This document shows positions 1-9,663 of a DNA stretch of 64,000 nt, piece after piece. Made by a program: the position numbers and the translations under genes. The DNA comes from an uncultured Acidobacteriota bacterium. Its GTDB lineage: Bacteria; Acidobacteriota; Thermoanaerobaculia; UBA5066; Gp7-AA6. How positions within the stretch are numbered: the stretch's first letter is position 1; the number at the start of each line of letters is the position of its first letter. The stretch covers positions 164,138 to 228,137 of the forward strand of contig CAWDUQ010000002.1 of the NCBI GenBank assembly GCA_963805495.1, written 5' to 3'. Under the pieces are notes generated by a model. The model worked only from the letters and a program-made list of their open reading frames with translations. It was not told where the DNA came from and made no database searches.

Positions 1-370
1 GGTCGCGATCCGGCCAGCGCCCGCGGCACCAGCGGATCGAAGGCGCGTGGACGTCGAAGCCGATGTAGCGGCCGCCCGGGGGCAGGCGCCGGGCGAGTTC
101 CTCGACCATCGCCCCCGCGCCGCAGCCGATGTCGAGGACAGAGCGGGCACCCGCGAGGAGGCCGAGCCGGTCGATCAACGCCGCGGTCTCGCGGGCCGCG
201 CTCTCGAACGCGGACGGGGAGCCCGTGTGGCGCCGCAGCCACAGCGGCGGCAGATGCGGCCGTCCCGTGGCCCGAAGCCAGAGGCGGTCGAACGGGGTGG
301 CGATTCGGAAGGCCGCGGTGCGGAGCGCTCGCAGAATGACTGAAAATCCGGACCGTGCGTCGAGCCTCAT
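1..370 (-). CDS. Class I SAM-dependent methyltransferase. The 5' end is complete; the 3' end runs off the window.
   Basis: Minus-strand translation gives the motif VLDIGCGAGAMVEELARRLPPGGRYIGFDV (SAM-binding motif I). The ATG start overlaps the upstream gene's stop in an ATGA arrangement at 367-370. Confidence 0.6.
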   Translation of the reverse strand, partial: MRLDARSGFSVILRALRTAAFRIATPFDRLWLRATGRPHLPPLWLRRHTGSPSAFESAARETAALIDRLGLLAGARSVLDIGCGAGAMVEELARRLPPGGRYIGFDVHAPSIRWCRGRWPDRD

Positions 371-1647
371 GCGGCGGCCGGTGCGGGCGCGGCGCGACGC
401 CGGAGCACCAGCGCGGCCCCGGGGACGGCATAGAGGAGGAGCACGGGGTCCCAGTAGGCCGCGCGGTATCGCCAGCTCGTTTCGAATGCCAGGTGGAATG
501 CGAACGTCATTGCGAGAAACGCGAGGGCGAAGGCCCGCGCGCCCCGCCGGTCCGCCCGTGCCAGGCCGATCGCGGCGGCGAGGTACAGGAGCGTGAAATA
601 CAGGCCGAGCCCGACGACGGCCTCGCGCCGCCAGAACCTCGGGTCCGGATAGGGCCGAAGCCAGTCGCGGGCCTTCCATGCGATCAGCCGCGCCGACGCG
701 GCCGGCGGCCCCGCCAGTCTCTCGGCCAGGGCCTCGGCCATGAGGGCGCGCGACAGCCGGCCGGGCGACTCGCGGACCTCCGTCGGCAGCGCCGAGATGA
801 ACTCGATCCGGCGGCGCTCGAGCTCGTCCGCGGCCGCGGCGAGCTCTGCGCGGGTCTCGGCGGCGGCGAGCCCGAGAGCCGCGTCGGAGTTGCGTCCGTA
901 GAAGACGTACCCGGCGCCGTCGTTGACGAGGATGAGCTCCCCGAAGGCGAGCGCATTGCGAACGACCCAGGGCAGGAGCGCGAGGCCGAACCCCAGGAGG
1001 GCGGAGAGGGCGACGTGGGCGCCGGCGCGACGCGGGTAGCGCCGATCGAAGAGGGGAGCGAGGAGGAGCGGCGCGAGGACGAGCGCCGAGGAGCGCGTCA
1101 ATGCCGCCAGCGCGAGGAGGACGCCGGCGCACAGCGCCAGGTTCGAGGAGGGGCGGTCGGCGGCCGCGAGCAGGACGTAGCCGGACGAGAGGAGCAACAC
1201 GAGAAAGAGGGGCTCGGACTGAATGTCGGCGGAGGCGAGGACGAGAGTCGGATGGAGGGCCGCGATCGCGCCGGTCACGACGGCGAGGCCACGCCGGCGA
1301 AAGAGGCGGGCCGAGAGGGCGGCGAGGAGCACGGCGGACAGGGCGCCGGCGACCGCGCCCCCGACCTTGGCGGCGGCGATCCGCTCGGGCCGGCCGAGCG
1401 TGACGGCGGCGAGAAAGACGGCGTAGCCGGGGGGCCGGAAGAGGAAGGCATCGGTCCGCCGCGGATAGTGGCCCGTCTCGACGAGGGCCCGGGCGCCGAA
1501 GAGGTAGGAGGGTGCGTCGGCGAACCGCGGGGTCGAAAAGCCGACGGCCGCCGCGGCCGCGAGGCGGGCCGCGAGGGCGAGGAGAAAGATCGCCGCGCAG
1601 GCGCGGCTGCCGAGCCGGGGAATTGCCGGGGGACTACCCGAGATCAA
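367..1647 (-). CDS. GT39/ArnT-like (PMT_2 family) integral-membrane glycosyltransferase
   Basis: 426-aa ORF with about 10 hydrophobic helices and an Ala/Leu-rich membrane topology typical of undecaprenyl/dolichyl-phosphate-sugar dependent GT-C enzymes. The start appears to be TTG. It overlaps the E2 gene's end by 14 nt. Confidence 0.55.
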   Translation of the reverse strand: MISGSPPAIPRLGSRACAAIFLLALAARLAAAAAVGFSTPRFADAPSYLFGARALVETGHYPRRTDAFLFRPPGYAVFLAAVTLGRPERIAAAKVGGAVAGALSAVLLAALSARLFRRRGLAVVTGAIAALHPTLVLASADIQSEPLFLVLLLSSGYVLLAAADRPSSNLALCAGVLLALAALTRSSALVLAPLLLAPLFDRRYPRRAGAHVALSALLGFGLALLPWVVRNALAFGELILVNDGAGYVFYGRNSDAALGLAAAETRAELAAAADELERRRIEFISALPTEVRESPGRLSRALMAEALAERLAGPPAASARLIAWKARDWLRPYPDPRFWRREAVVGLGLYFTLLYLAAAIGLARADRRGARAFALAFLAMTFAFHLAFETSWRYRAAYWDPVLLLYAVPGAALVLRRRAAPAPAAA

Positions 1648-3020
1648 ACTCTCCCGTCTCGAGCGTCGTCTTGATCGCCGCCATGAACCGGTCGGCGTCG
1701 GCTCCGTCGATCAGCCGGTGGTCGAACGAGAGGGCGAGGTACCCGACCGTGCGGATGCCGAGCGCGTCCTGCCCGTCCTCGTCGGTCACCACGACGGGCC
1801 GCTTCTCGATGGTTCCCACGCCGAGGATCGCGACCTGGGGCTGGGGAATGATCGGCGTTCCAAAGAGCCCGCCGTAGACCCCGGGATTCGTGACGCTGAA
1901 GGTCCCGCCCTGGATCTCCTCGGGCCTCAACCGCTTGGTGCGCGCCCGCTCGGCGAGGTCCTGCGAAGACCGCGCGAGGCCCAGGATCGACTTCTCGTCG
2001 GCGTTCTTGATCACGGGCACGATCAGTCCCCAGTCGAGCGCGACGGCCATGCCGAGGTTGACGTCCTTGTGGTAGACGATGTTCTCGCCGTCGATCGAGG
2101 CGTTGACCTGCGGGAACTGGCGGATCGCCTGGATCGCGGCCCGGAAGATGAACGGGAGATAGGTCAGCTTCACGCCGTTCTTGGCGAGGAAGTCGTCCTT
2201 GTGCCTGGCCCGGATCTTCGCGATGTTCGAGTAGTCGACCTGGAAGACGGTCGTCACGTGGGCCGAAGTCCTCTTGGAGAGCATCATGTTCTCGGCCGTG
2301 ATCCTGCGGATCTTCGTCATCGCGACGACCTCGTCGCGATCCGTCACGGAGATGGCGGGGCGGGGCGGCGCCGGAACCTCGACGGGCTCGGCGCGTCCGA
2401 GGGACGGGGCTTCCGCAGGAACGGCGGATCCGCGGATCGGCGCCTGGGCCACCTTGCGGTTCTCGAGGTAGGAGAGGACGTCGTTCTTCGTGACGCGGTT
2501 GTGAATGCCGGTCCCTTCGATGTCGCCGATGTCGAGCGAGTTCTCCTGGGCGATCTTGCGCACGAGCGGAGAGGACTTGCGGCGGATCCGCTCCTCGATC
2601 GACTCGACCTGTCCGCCCGCGGACGGCTCGATCCGGGGGGCCGGGACCGGTGCCGGTGCGGGCGCCGGCTTCGCCTCGGCCTTCGGGGCCGGCGCCGGTT
2701 CCGGGGCTTTCGGAGCGGCGGGCGGGGGCGCGGCCGGCGCGGGGGCCGGAGCGGCCGGCGACGGGGCGGAAGCCGCGGCCGATCCCGCCTCGCCGATGAC
2801 GGCGACGACGGTGTTGATGGCGACGGTCTGCCCTTCGGCGACCTTGATCTCGGTCAGCGTGCCGGCGACCGGGGAGGGGATCTCGGCGTCCACCTTGTCC
2901 GTCGAGATTTCGAAGATCGGCTCGTCGCGCTTGATGGTGTCGCCGACTTTCTTGAGCCACTTGGTGATGGTGCCTTCGGCGATGGACTCGCCCATCTGGG
3001 GCATGATGACCGGAGTCGAC
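1634..3020 (-). CDS. Dihydrolipoamide acyltransferase, the E2 component of a 2-oxoacid dehydrogenase complex
   Basis: N-terminal lipoyl domain (MPQMGESIAEGTITKW...ISTDKVDAEIPSP). Ala/Pro-rich linker. E3-binding domain. C-terminal catalytic domain ending DHRLIDGADADRF. The true start is the ATG at 3020 (MSTPVIMPQMGE), inside the longer ORF-track entry 1634..3457. Confidence 0.85.
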
Positions 3021-3183
3021 ATAGGGTGCTCTCCTCGTTGGCCCGGAGTCCGGGCGGGTTCGTCCCCGCCCGCGGGCTCGCCACGCCGAAGAATAGCATC
3101 CGTTCGCCGGGGGAAACAGGCGGTTGGCCGATTCGCAGCCGACAGTTGGGCCGCGGTCTCGTAGATTGGGGGGGAGGTCAAAC

Positions 3184-3967
3184 GATGAACGAAGCGCGAC
3201 GGTCCAACTTCACACCCCGCATCCTCGCGGGCCTCGTCCTGATCGCTCTGGGAATCGTCTTCACGCTCGACAGCTTCGGCGTGATCGACGCCGGATCCAT
3301 CGGCGACTACTGGCCGCTCTTCCTGATCATCCCGGGCTTCGCGAGCCTCGCCTGGCCGCGCAAGAACGCCGACCGGCTCTGGGGAGCCATCCTCGTCAGC
3401 GTCGGGACGCTGTTTCTTCTGCGCAATCTGGGCATTTTCTGGATCAGCTTCCGGCACGTCTGGCCGGTGGTGCTCGTCGCGGTCGGCGTCTATCTCATCT
3501 GGCGGGCGATCGATTCACGCCTCCCGCCAGGGGGCGGCGAGACCGATTCGGTTGGCTCTCGGGGGCACGACGGCGTGATGGCCGGCTTCGATGCAAGCCG
3601 CGATCTGCGCGCTCCGGCGTCTTCGGCGGGCGATCGCCTCGACGAGTTCGCCATGTTCGGGGGCGGGGACCGCACCATCCTGTCCCAGGCCTTCCGGGGC
3701 GGAAACGTCACGGCGATTCTCGGGGGCTTCGACATCGACATGCGGGACGCCGTGATGGCGGGCGACGCCGCCGCCATCGAAGTGTTCGTCATGATGGGAG
3801 GCATCGATCTCAAGGTCCCCGAGAGCTGGACGATCGTGATCGACGTGACGCCCTTCATGGGAGGGGCGAGCTACCGGCGGCGTGGCCAGGCGCCCGGGGA
3901 GGGCCCGCCGAAGGTCCTGACGGTTCGCGGCTTCGTGTTCATGGGCGGCGTCGAGATCAAGCACTGA
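3184..3967 (+). CDS. LiaF-like / DUF2154 putative cell-envelope stress membrane protein
   Basis: N-terminal multi-TM segment (ILAGLVLIALGIVFTLDSF..., LFLLRNLGIFWISF...) followed by a C-terminal beta-rich domain (FGGGDRTILSQAFRGGNVTAILGGFDIDMRDA...). Sits immediately upstream of a LytS/LytTR two-component pair. Confidence 0.5.
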
Positions 3968-3976
3968 GCTCGAGCG

Positions 3977-5038
3977 ATGCATCCGATCCTCGCCCGACCC
4001 GGCCGCCTGCTTCCGTATCTGGCGGCCTGCCTGCCGCTGGCGGCGATCCTCACGGCCCTCCTCGCGCGGCGCGGGGGTCTCTTCCTGGGGGAATCGATCG
4101 CCCTGGCCGTTCCGCTGACCGTGGCGTACGCGTTCATGGGGCTGTCCGCCTGGTACCCCTGCCGCCAGTTTCCCCTGACCCGGACGCGGGCCCTGCCGCT
4201 CGCCCTCACCCACGCTCTCGCGGCGGCGATCATCGCGGGGATCTGGGTCGTGCTCGCGGTGCTCCTCGGCGCGGCCTACGGCTCGCTGCCCGCTTTCGAA
4301 GGGCTCCCCGGGCGCCTCGCGTCACAGGGCGGGACCCTTTTCGCGGCGGGCGTGCTTCTTTACCTGCTCGCGGCCGCGTTGAGCTACGTCCTCCTGTCGC
4401 TCGAAGTCGCGGCGGAGGCCGAGCAACGCGAAGCGCAGATGCAGGTTCTCGCGCGCGAAGCGGAACTCGCCGTCCTGCGCGCCCAGATCCGACCGCACTT
4501 CCTGTTCAACAGCCTCAACTCGATCTCGGGCCTCACCACTTCGGAGCCGGCGAAAGCGCAGGAGATGTGCTTGCGGTTGGCGGACTTCCTGCGCAAGAGC
4601 CTCGCCGTGGGGGAACGCCCGACGATTTCGATTGCCGAGGAGCTCGCGCTGTCGCGGTCGTATCTCCAGGTCGAGGCACTGCGCTTCGGCGAGCGGCTTC
4701 AAGTCGAGGAGGACCTCGACGAGCGGGGGGACGCCTGCCAGGTGCCCCCGCTCCTGCTCCAGCCCCTGATCGAGAACGCCGTCCGCCACGGCATCGCCTC
4801 GCGGATCGAAGGAGGCAAGGTGCGCGTCAGCGTCGCCTGCTCGGCCGGGCGGCTGCGGATCCTGATCGAGAACCCGCTCGACCCGGAGGCCCCGTCGCAG
4901 CCGGGCACAGGCGTCGGACTCTCGAACGTCCGGCAGCGACTGGCGGCGCGCTGGGGGTCGGAAGGCCTCTTCGCGGCCCGGCGCCTGGCCGACCGCTACC
5001 TCGTGGTCATCTCGGTGCCCGTGGAGGTCCGGGCGTGA
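3977..5038 (+). CDS. Sensor histidine kinase of the LytS/YehU type (5TM-less His_kinase + HATPase_c)
   Basis: Four to five TM helices, then the H-box region RPHFLFNSLNSISGL, then the ATPase motifs LLLQPLIENAVRHG and GTGVGLSNVRQRL. The stop overlaps the response regulator's GTG start by 4 nt. Confidence 0.8.
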   Translation: MHPILARPGRLLPYLAACLPLAAILTALLARRGGLFLGESIALAVPLTVAYAFMGLSAWYPCRQFPLTRTRALPLALTHALAAAIIAGIWVVLAVLLGAAYGSLPAFEGLPGRLASQGGTLFAAGVLLYLLAAALSYVLLSLEVAAEAEQREAQMQVLAREAELAVLRAQIRPHFLFNSLNSISGLTTSEPAKAQEMCLRLADFLRKSLAVGERPTISIAEELALSRSYLQVEALRFGERLQVEEDLDERGDACQVPPLLLQPLIENAVRHGIASRIEGGKVRVSVACSAGRLRILIENPLDPEAPSQPGTGVGLSNVRQRLAARWGSEGLFAARRLADRYLVVISVPVEVRA

Positions 5039-5796
5039 ACCCGGCCGCGGATGCCGGGGAGGTCGGCGTGCTCATCGTGGACGACGAGGCGCCGGCGCGG
5101 AGCATCCTGCGACAGCACCTCGGGACGGTTCCGGGTGTGCGCGTTCTCGCCGACTGCGCCAACGGAATCGAGGCCCTGCGGGCCGCCTCCGAATTGTCGC
5201 CGCAGATCGTGTTTCTCGACATCGAGATGCCGAAACTGTCGGGGTTCGAGGTCCTCGAGCTCCTCGATCCCGGGATCGCGGCCGTCTTCGTGACGGCGTA
5301 CGACGCCTGGGCCGTCAAGGCCTTCGAAGTCCACGCCGTCGACTACGTCCTCAAGCCCTTCGGGCCCGGTCGGATCGCGGCCGCGGTCGAGCGGGCGCGG
5401 GAGCGGTTGCGTTCCCGGGCGACGCGCGACGTGCCGGCCCTCGCGGCGGCGGCTCGGCCGGCGGGCACCTGGCAGGAAAGGATCGTCGTGCGCGACGGCT
5501 CGCGGGTTCACATCATCCCCGCCGAGAAACTCCTCGCGGCGCGGGCGCAGGACGACTACGTCGAGCTCACGAGCGAGGGAAAGACGTATCTGAAGCCGCA
5601 GACCCTGGCGAGCCTCGCCGCCGCGCTCGATCCGCGGCGCTTCGTGCGCATTCACCGCTCGCACCTCGTGCGCCTCGACGCGATTGCGCGCCTGGAGACC
5701 TTCGCGAGGGGAAGCTACGTGGCGGTCCTTTCCGACGGCGCCCGCGTCCCGGTGAGCCGCGAGGGCCATGCCCGGTTGAAGCGGCTGCTGGGATGA
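5035..5796 (+). CDS. LytTR-family response regulator
   Basis: Receiver domain (VLIVDDEAPAR...FLDIEMPKLSGFEVL...) followed by a LytTR DNA-binding domain (RIVVRDGSRVHIIPAEKLLAARAQDDYVELT...RIHRSHLVRLDAI). Confidence 0.85.
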   Translation: MNPAADAGEVGVLIVDDEAPARSILRQHLGTVPGVRVLADCANGIEALRAASELSPQIVFLDIEMPKLSGFEVLELLDPGIAAVFVTAYDAWAVKAFEVHAVDYVLKPFGPGRIAAAVERARERLRSRATRDVPALAAAARPAGTWQERIVVRDGSRVHIIPAEKLLAARAQDDYVELTSEGKTYLKPQTLASLAAALDPRRFVRIHRSHLVRLDAIARLETFARGSYVAVLSDGARVPVSREGHARLKRLLG

Positions 5797-7139
5797 GGCT
5801 TCGGCGGGATCCGACGGGGCCCCGCCTTCGCCGAACTCTCGTTTTCCCGGCGATCGTTTTTCTCGTGCGATGCGCGGGAGCGCCGGGTACGCCGGACTCC
5901 TTCTATGCGACTCCGAGGAGCGAACTCCCGCCTCCCGGCGGGTTGATCCGCTCCGAGAAGCTCGACGGAGGACCGCCGGGCGCGCGGGCCTGGAAGGTGC
6001 TTTACGCGTCGACCGGTCTCGATGGCCGGCCGATCGCGGTCTCCGGAGTGGTTATCGCGCCCGATCTGCCCGCTCCGGCCGCGGGCCGCCCGGTCGTGGC
6101 CTGGGCCCATCCGACGACCGGAGTCGCGGACGACTGCGCGCCGTCGGTGAACCCGGATTTCTTCGACACCATTCCGCACCTGACGGCGTTGATCGCCCTC
6201 GACTACGTCGTCGTCGCCACGGACTACGCGGGCCTCGGGACGGCCGGAGTCCACCCGTACCTCGTCGGGGAGAGCGAAGGGCGAGCGGTGCTCGACTCGG
6301 TCCGGGCCGCGAAGGAGATCCCGGCGGCGGGGGCGGGCGCGCGCTTTGCGGTATGGGGGCACTCGCAGGGGGGCCACGCCGCCCTCTTCGCGGGTCAGCT
6401 CGCGCGCGCGTACGCGCCGGAGCTCTCACTCTCGGGGGTCGCCGCCATCGCCCCGGCGACGAACCTCGGAGTCCTCATCGAGGACGACATTTCCGAGCGC
6501 GCCGGGCGGATTCTCGGAGCCTACGCCCTCTGGAGCTGGTCCCAGGTCTTCGGCGCTCCGCTCGACGAGGTCGTCGCGCCCTCAGACCGTCCCGCGATCG
6601 ACCGGACCGCGCGGGTCTGCGTCGAGAACGAGAACGAAGCGTACCGGGCCGCCTTCGACTCCCTGCCGCTTCCCCGAGACATGCTCCTTCCGGGAGCGTT
6701 CGCCCGCGAGCCCTGGAAGCGACTGCTCGAAGAGAACCGTCCCGGGAGGTCGCGGATCGGGGCGCCCGTCTATGTCGCCCAGGGAAGCGAGGATGCGATC
6801 GTCCGCCCCTCGGTGACCTCCGATTTCGTTGCCGCGCTCTGCCGGGCGGGAGAGATCGTGCGGTACGAAGTGCTCCCCGGCATCGACCACCATCGGGCGG
6901 GGCGCGCGAGCGCGACGAGCGCGGTCCAGTGGATTCGTGATCGCCTCGACGGAAAGCCGGCGAAAAACGGATGCGCCGTGCCCGAGCTGACGGAACCGCC
7001 AACCGGTTTTCCGCCCGGTTCGGCCGGCGTCAGCTCTTCGGCGGGGCCGGGGCCGGGGTCGCGGCCGGGGTCGTGGCCGGGGTCGGCGTCGTCGCCGGCG
7101 CGGGCTTCTCGAACAGCTTCGGATCGACGCCCGCGTTGA
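5793..7139 (+). CDS. Secreted lipase of the LIP (secretory lipase) family, alpha/beta hydrolase fold
   Basis: Signal peptide. GHSQGG nucleophile elbow. LIP-family architecture (VVAWAHPTTG...DYAGLG...VWGHSQGGHAAL). Start overlaps the response regulator's stop (ATGA). The C-terminal tail is Gly/Ser/Pro-rich and overlaps the convergent gene by about 110 nt. Confidence 0.55.
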   Translation: MRLRRDPTGPRLRRTLVFPAIVFLVRCAGAPGTPDSFYATPRSELPPPGGLIRSEKLDGGPPGARAWKVLYASTGLDGRPIAVSGVVIAPDLPAPAAGRPVVAWAHPTTGVADDCAPSVNPDFFDTIPHLTALIALDYVVVATDYAGLGTAGVHPYLVGESEGRAVLDSVRAAKEIPAAGAGARFAVWGHSQGGHAALFAGQLARAYAPELSLSGVAAIAPATNLGVLIEDDISERAGRILGAYALWSWSQVFGAPLDEVVAPSDRPAIDRTARVCVENENEAYRAAFDSLPLPRDMLLPGAFAREPWKRLLEENRPGRSRIGAPVYVAQGSEDAIVRPSVTSDFVAALCRAGEIVRYEVLPGIDHHRAGRASATSAVQWIRDRLDGKPAKNGCAVPELTEPPTGFPPGSAGVSSSAGPGPGSRPGSWPGSASSPARASRTASDRRPR

Positions 7140-7903
7140 TCTTGCACTCCTCCATCACGAGGGTCTGGTCCTTCTCGCCATTGGTCGAGACGTCCAGGCG
7201 GTGGGCGATCGGGAAGCCGTCGATGGGCCGGTAGTCGGAGTAGTCCGAGACCATCTGCGCGGACTTGCCGTCGGGAGTGGTCGTGGTGTGCTCGGTGCGC
7301 ACGATCCTTCCGGTCGCGGGCTCCACGAACCAGCGCACGGCGACCTCGCCGTATCGGATGTCGAGCAGGGCGGCATCGACGTCTCCGACTTTCGCTGTGC
7401 CGGCCGCGGCCGCCACGAGCCCCGGGTCGGAGGCCTTCTGGACGAGGTGCAGCGGGATGCGCTGGATCTGCTTGAGCAGCTCGGACCGGACGATGGGAGG
7501 CAGGTCCTGCGAGCCGTTCGCGGCGAAGAGAAAGGCCTCGCGCGGAGTCACGACCATGGCGATGCGGCCGTAGGGGGAGTCGATCTCCTGGTAGAGGTGG
7601 TCGGGAAACACCATGGCGCTCTGGACTTCCATGGTGGCGTCGCCCTCGGGAGTCTTCGCCGTGAGCTGGCCTTTTGTCTGGACGTCCCGCACGCCGGCGA
7701 CCTTCTTTTCGCCGCCGAGCCAGGCCACGACTTTCGCCATGAGCGCCTTGCCGGCCGCCTGCGCTTCGGCCGAGGGGGGGGCCGGGGTCGCGGCCTTCGG
7801 CGCGGGCGAGGGCGCCGGCGCGGCCTCCGGGGCCTGCCCGAGAGCGGACGCCGAAAGCGCGAGCGACAGGGCGGCCGCGCGGATGGCGCGAATCGTAGTC
7901 ATG
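7030..7903 (-). CDS. Secreted LolA-like / outer-membrane-lipoprotein-sorting-fold protein. The family assignment is tentative.
   Basis: The real start is MTTIRAIRAAALSLALSASALG (signal peptide) at 7903, inside the longer ORF 7030..8625. Pro/Ala/Thr-rich tails at both ends. No catalytic motif recognised. Confidence 0.4.
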
Positions 7904-7938
7904 GTTCCTCCGAGCGGCGGAGCATATATCGAAGTAGC

Positions 7939-9639
7939 ATGCGCGCCGTGCCGAGCCGAGCCGAAACGATCCTGCGCCGACTGGAAGAGGCCCGTCATCG
8001 ACGGCCCGGCGCGCGCGCGGCCGAGCGCGCGATCCGCTCGGCGCGCGGCCTCGCCGTGCGCGACGCGGACGGCCTCGTCCGGCTGCACGACGCGCTCTGT
8101 TTTCTCCGCGCGTATCCGCACAGCCGCCGCGTGCTCGACCTCGCCGAAGGTGCCCTCGCGACGATCGCGCGGCGCGTGGCCGCGCTGGAGGCGGCCGGCG
8201 AGGACCTCTCGCCGTTCGATGCCCCGGAGGTCGCCGGCATCGCGGGGACGACGATCGGCACCGACTTCTCTTTCGAGCTCGTCCGCTGGCTCTCGCGCCG
8301 CTTTCCGCGCCGCGTACGGCTCGCCTGGGACGCGGGGGGCTCGGAGGATCGCATGCGGACGGCATGGCCCGAGTTCGTGCCGCTGCTCGAGGAGGAGGCG
8401 CTCGCCGACGCCAACGTCCCGTACCTCGAATGGCTGGGCGCGGCGGCGGGGCGGCGCCGGGACGACCCGGCCTGGCTGCTCGACCGCTACGAGCGCCTGC
8501 CGGGGCCGCCGGAGGTCGCCGCCGATCGCTTCGATTCCCTCGAGGTCCCGATCACCTGGGAACTCGGGAACGGGAGCGCGTCCCGGACGCGGATGCGGCT
8601 GCCGGGGCCGCCGCCCTTCTTTCACGACGAACCGTTTCTCTCGCGGCGGGATGTCTCTCTCGACGCCGTGATGTCCGGGCCGCCTCTCGCGCTCCGGAAG
8701 CTCTCACGGCGGGAAGGGGAGCGTCTCTGCGACCGGGTGCGCGAGGCCACCACGGCCCGGTACCGCGAGTTCTACACGTTCACCCACGCCGACCCGACGT
8801 CGGTCCTCGCGGCGCGTCCCGGCCGCGGAGTCGAACTCTTCCTCGTCGGGGTGCGGCCCGAGCGGCGGCTTCCCCTGCGCTCGGCGTACGGCGGCTTCGT
8901 CGTCAAGAATGGCGTGCCGATCGGGTACATCGAGGGCCTCGCGTTCTTCGAGCGGCTGGAGATCGGCTTCAACATGTACTACACGTTCCGGGACGGCGAG
9001 TCGGCCTGGATCTACGCGCAGGTCCTGAAGCTCCACCGCGACGCCCTCGGCGTGACGTCGTTCTCGATCGACCCTTACCAGCTCGGCTACGAGAACGAGG
9101 AGGCGCTCGCGTCCGGGGCCTTCTGGTTCTACCGGAAGCTCGGTTTCCGGCCGACGAGCCGCGAGGCCCGGGCGCTCGTCGGGCGCGAGGAGGCCCGCAT
9201 CGCGCGGGACCCCGGCCATCGTTCCTCCCGCGCGACTTTGAATCGTCTCGTCCAGCGCAACCTGATCTACGACGCGCCCGGCACCGCGGTCGGTGCATGG
9301 GACCGCTTCCACGTCCGCCGCATCGGCCTTCAGATCAACCGCCGGATGCGCGAGCGGGGTCTCGACGCGGCGGGGCTGCGGGAGAAGGCGGCGGTCCGTG
9401 TCGCGCGCCGGCTCGGCCTCGCGCTTGGATCACTCCCAACCCGCGCCCGGCGCTTCTTCGGCGACTTCGCGCTGGCCCTCGATCTCGTTCCGGATCTCTC
9501 GCGCTGGACCGCCGCGGAGAGGACGGGCATAGCGGAGGTCGTCCGGGCCAAGGCCGGGCGGCACGAGAGGCGTTACCTGCGCCTCCTTCAGAGGCACGCG
9601 AGGCTCAGGGAGGCGCTGCTCCGTCTCGGTTCCGGCTGA
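7939..9639 (+). CDS. Hypothetical protein with a C-terminal GNAT-like (FemAB/CelD-type acetyltransferase fold) region
   Basis: 566-aa ORF starting MRAVPSRAETILRRLEE. The C-terminal part (GFVVKNGVPIGYIEGLAFFERLEIGFNMYY...AFWFYRKLGFRP) resembles BioF2/CelD-like GNAT folds. Family not firmly recognised. Confidence 0.35.
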   Translation: MRAVPSRAETILRRLEEARHRRPGARAAERAIRSARGLAVRDADGLVRLHDALCFLRAYPHSRRVLDLAEGALATIARRVAALEAAGEDLSPFDAPEVAGIAGTTIGTDFSFELVRWLSRRFPRRVRLAWDAGGSEDRMRTAWPEFVPLLEEEALADANVPYLEWLGAAAGRRRDDPAWLLDRYERLPGPPEVAADRFDSLEVPITWELGNGSASRTRMRLPGPPPFFHDEPFLSRRDVSLDAVMSGPPLALRKLSRREGERLCDRVREATTARYREFYTFTHADPTSVLAARPGRGVELFLVGVRPERRLPLRSAYGGFVVKNGVPIGYIEGLAFFERLEIGFNMYYTFRDGESAWIYAQVLKLHRDALGVTSFSIDPYQLGYENEEALASGAFWFYRKLGFRPTSREARALVGREEARIARDPGHRSSRATLNRLVQRNLIYDAPGTAVGAWDRFHVRRIGLQINRRMRERGLDAAGLREKAAVRVARRLGLALGSLPTRARRFFGDFALALDLVPDLSRWTAAERTGIAEVVRAKAGRHERRYLRLLQRHARLREALLRLGSG

Positions 9640-9663
9640 AGAGGGCGGGGACGAGCCCCGCCC

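Noticed and set aside
1718-3967. 749-aa plus-strand ORF antisense to the E2 gene
   Set aside because: Only the C-terminal part (3184-3967, the LiaF-like protein) has membrane-protein character and its own start. The rest is the antisense of a well-supported E2 gene.
5793-7139. Possibility that the lipase C-terminal 110-nt overlap with the convergent LolA-like gene marks a mis-called stop or frameshift
   Set aside because: The lipase frame is open to 7139 with no alternative stop. Gly/Ser/Pro-rich tails are common in secreted proteins. There is no positive evidence for an error here, so this is only noted.
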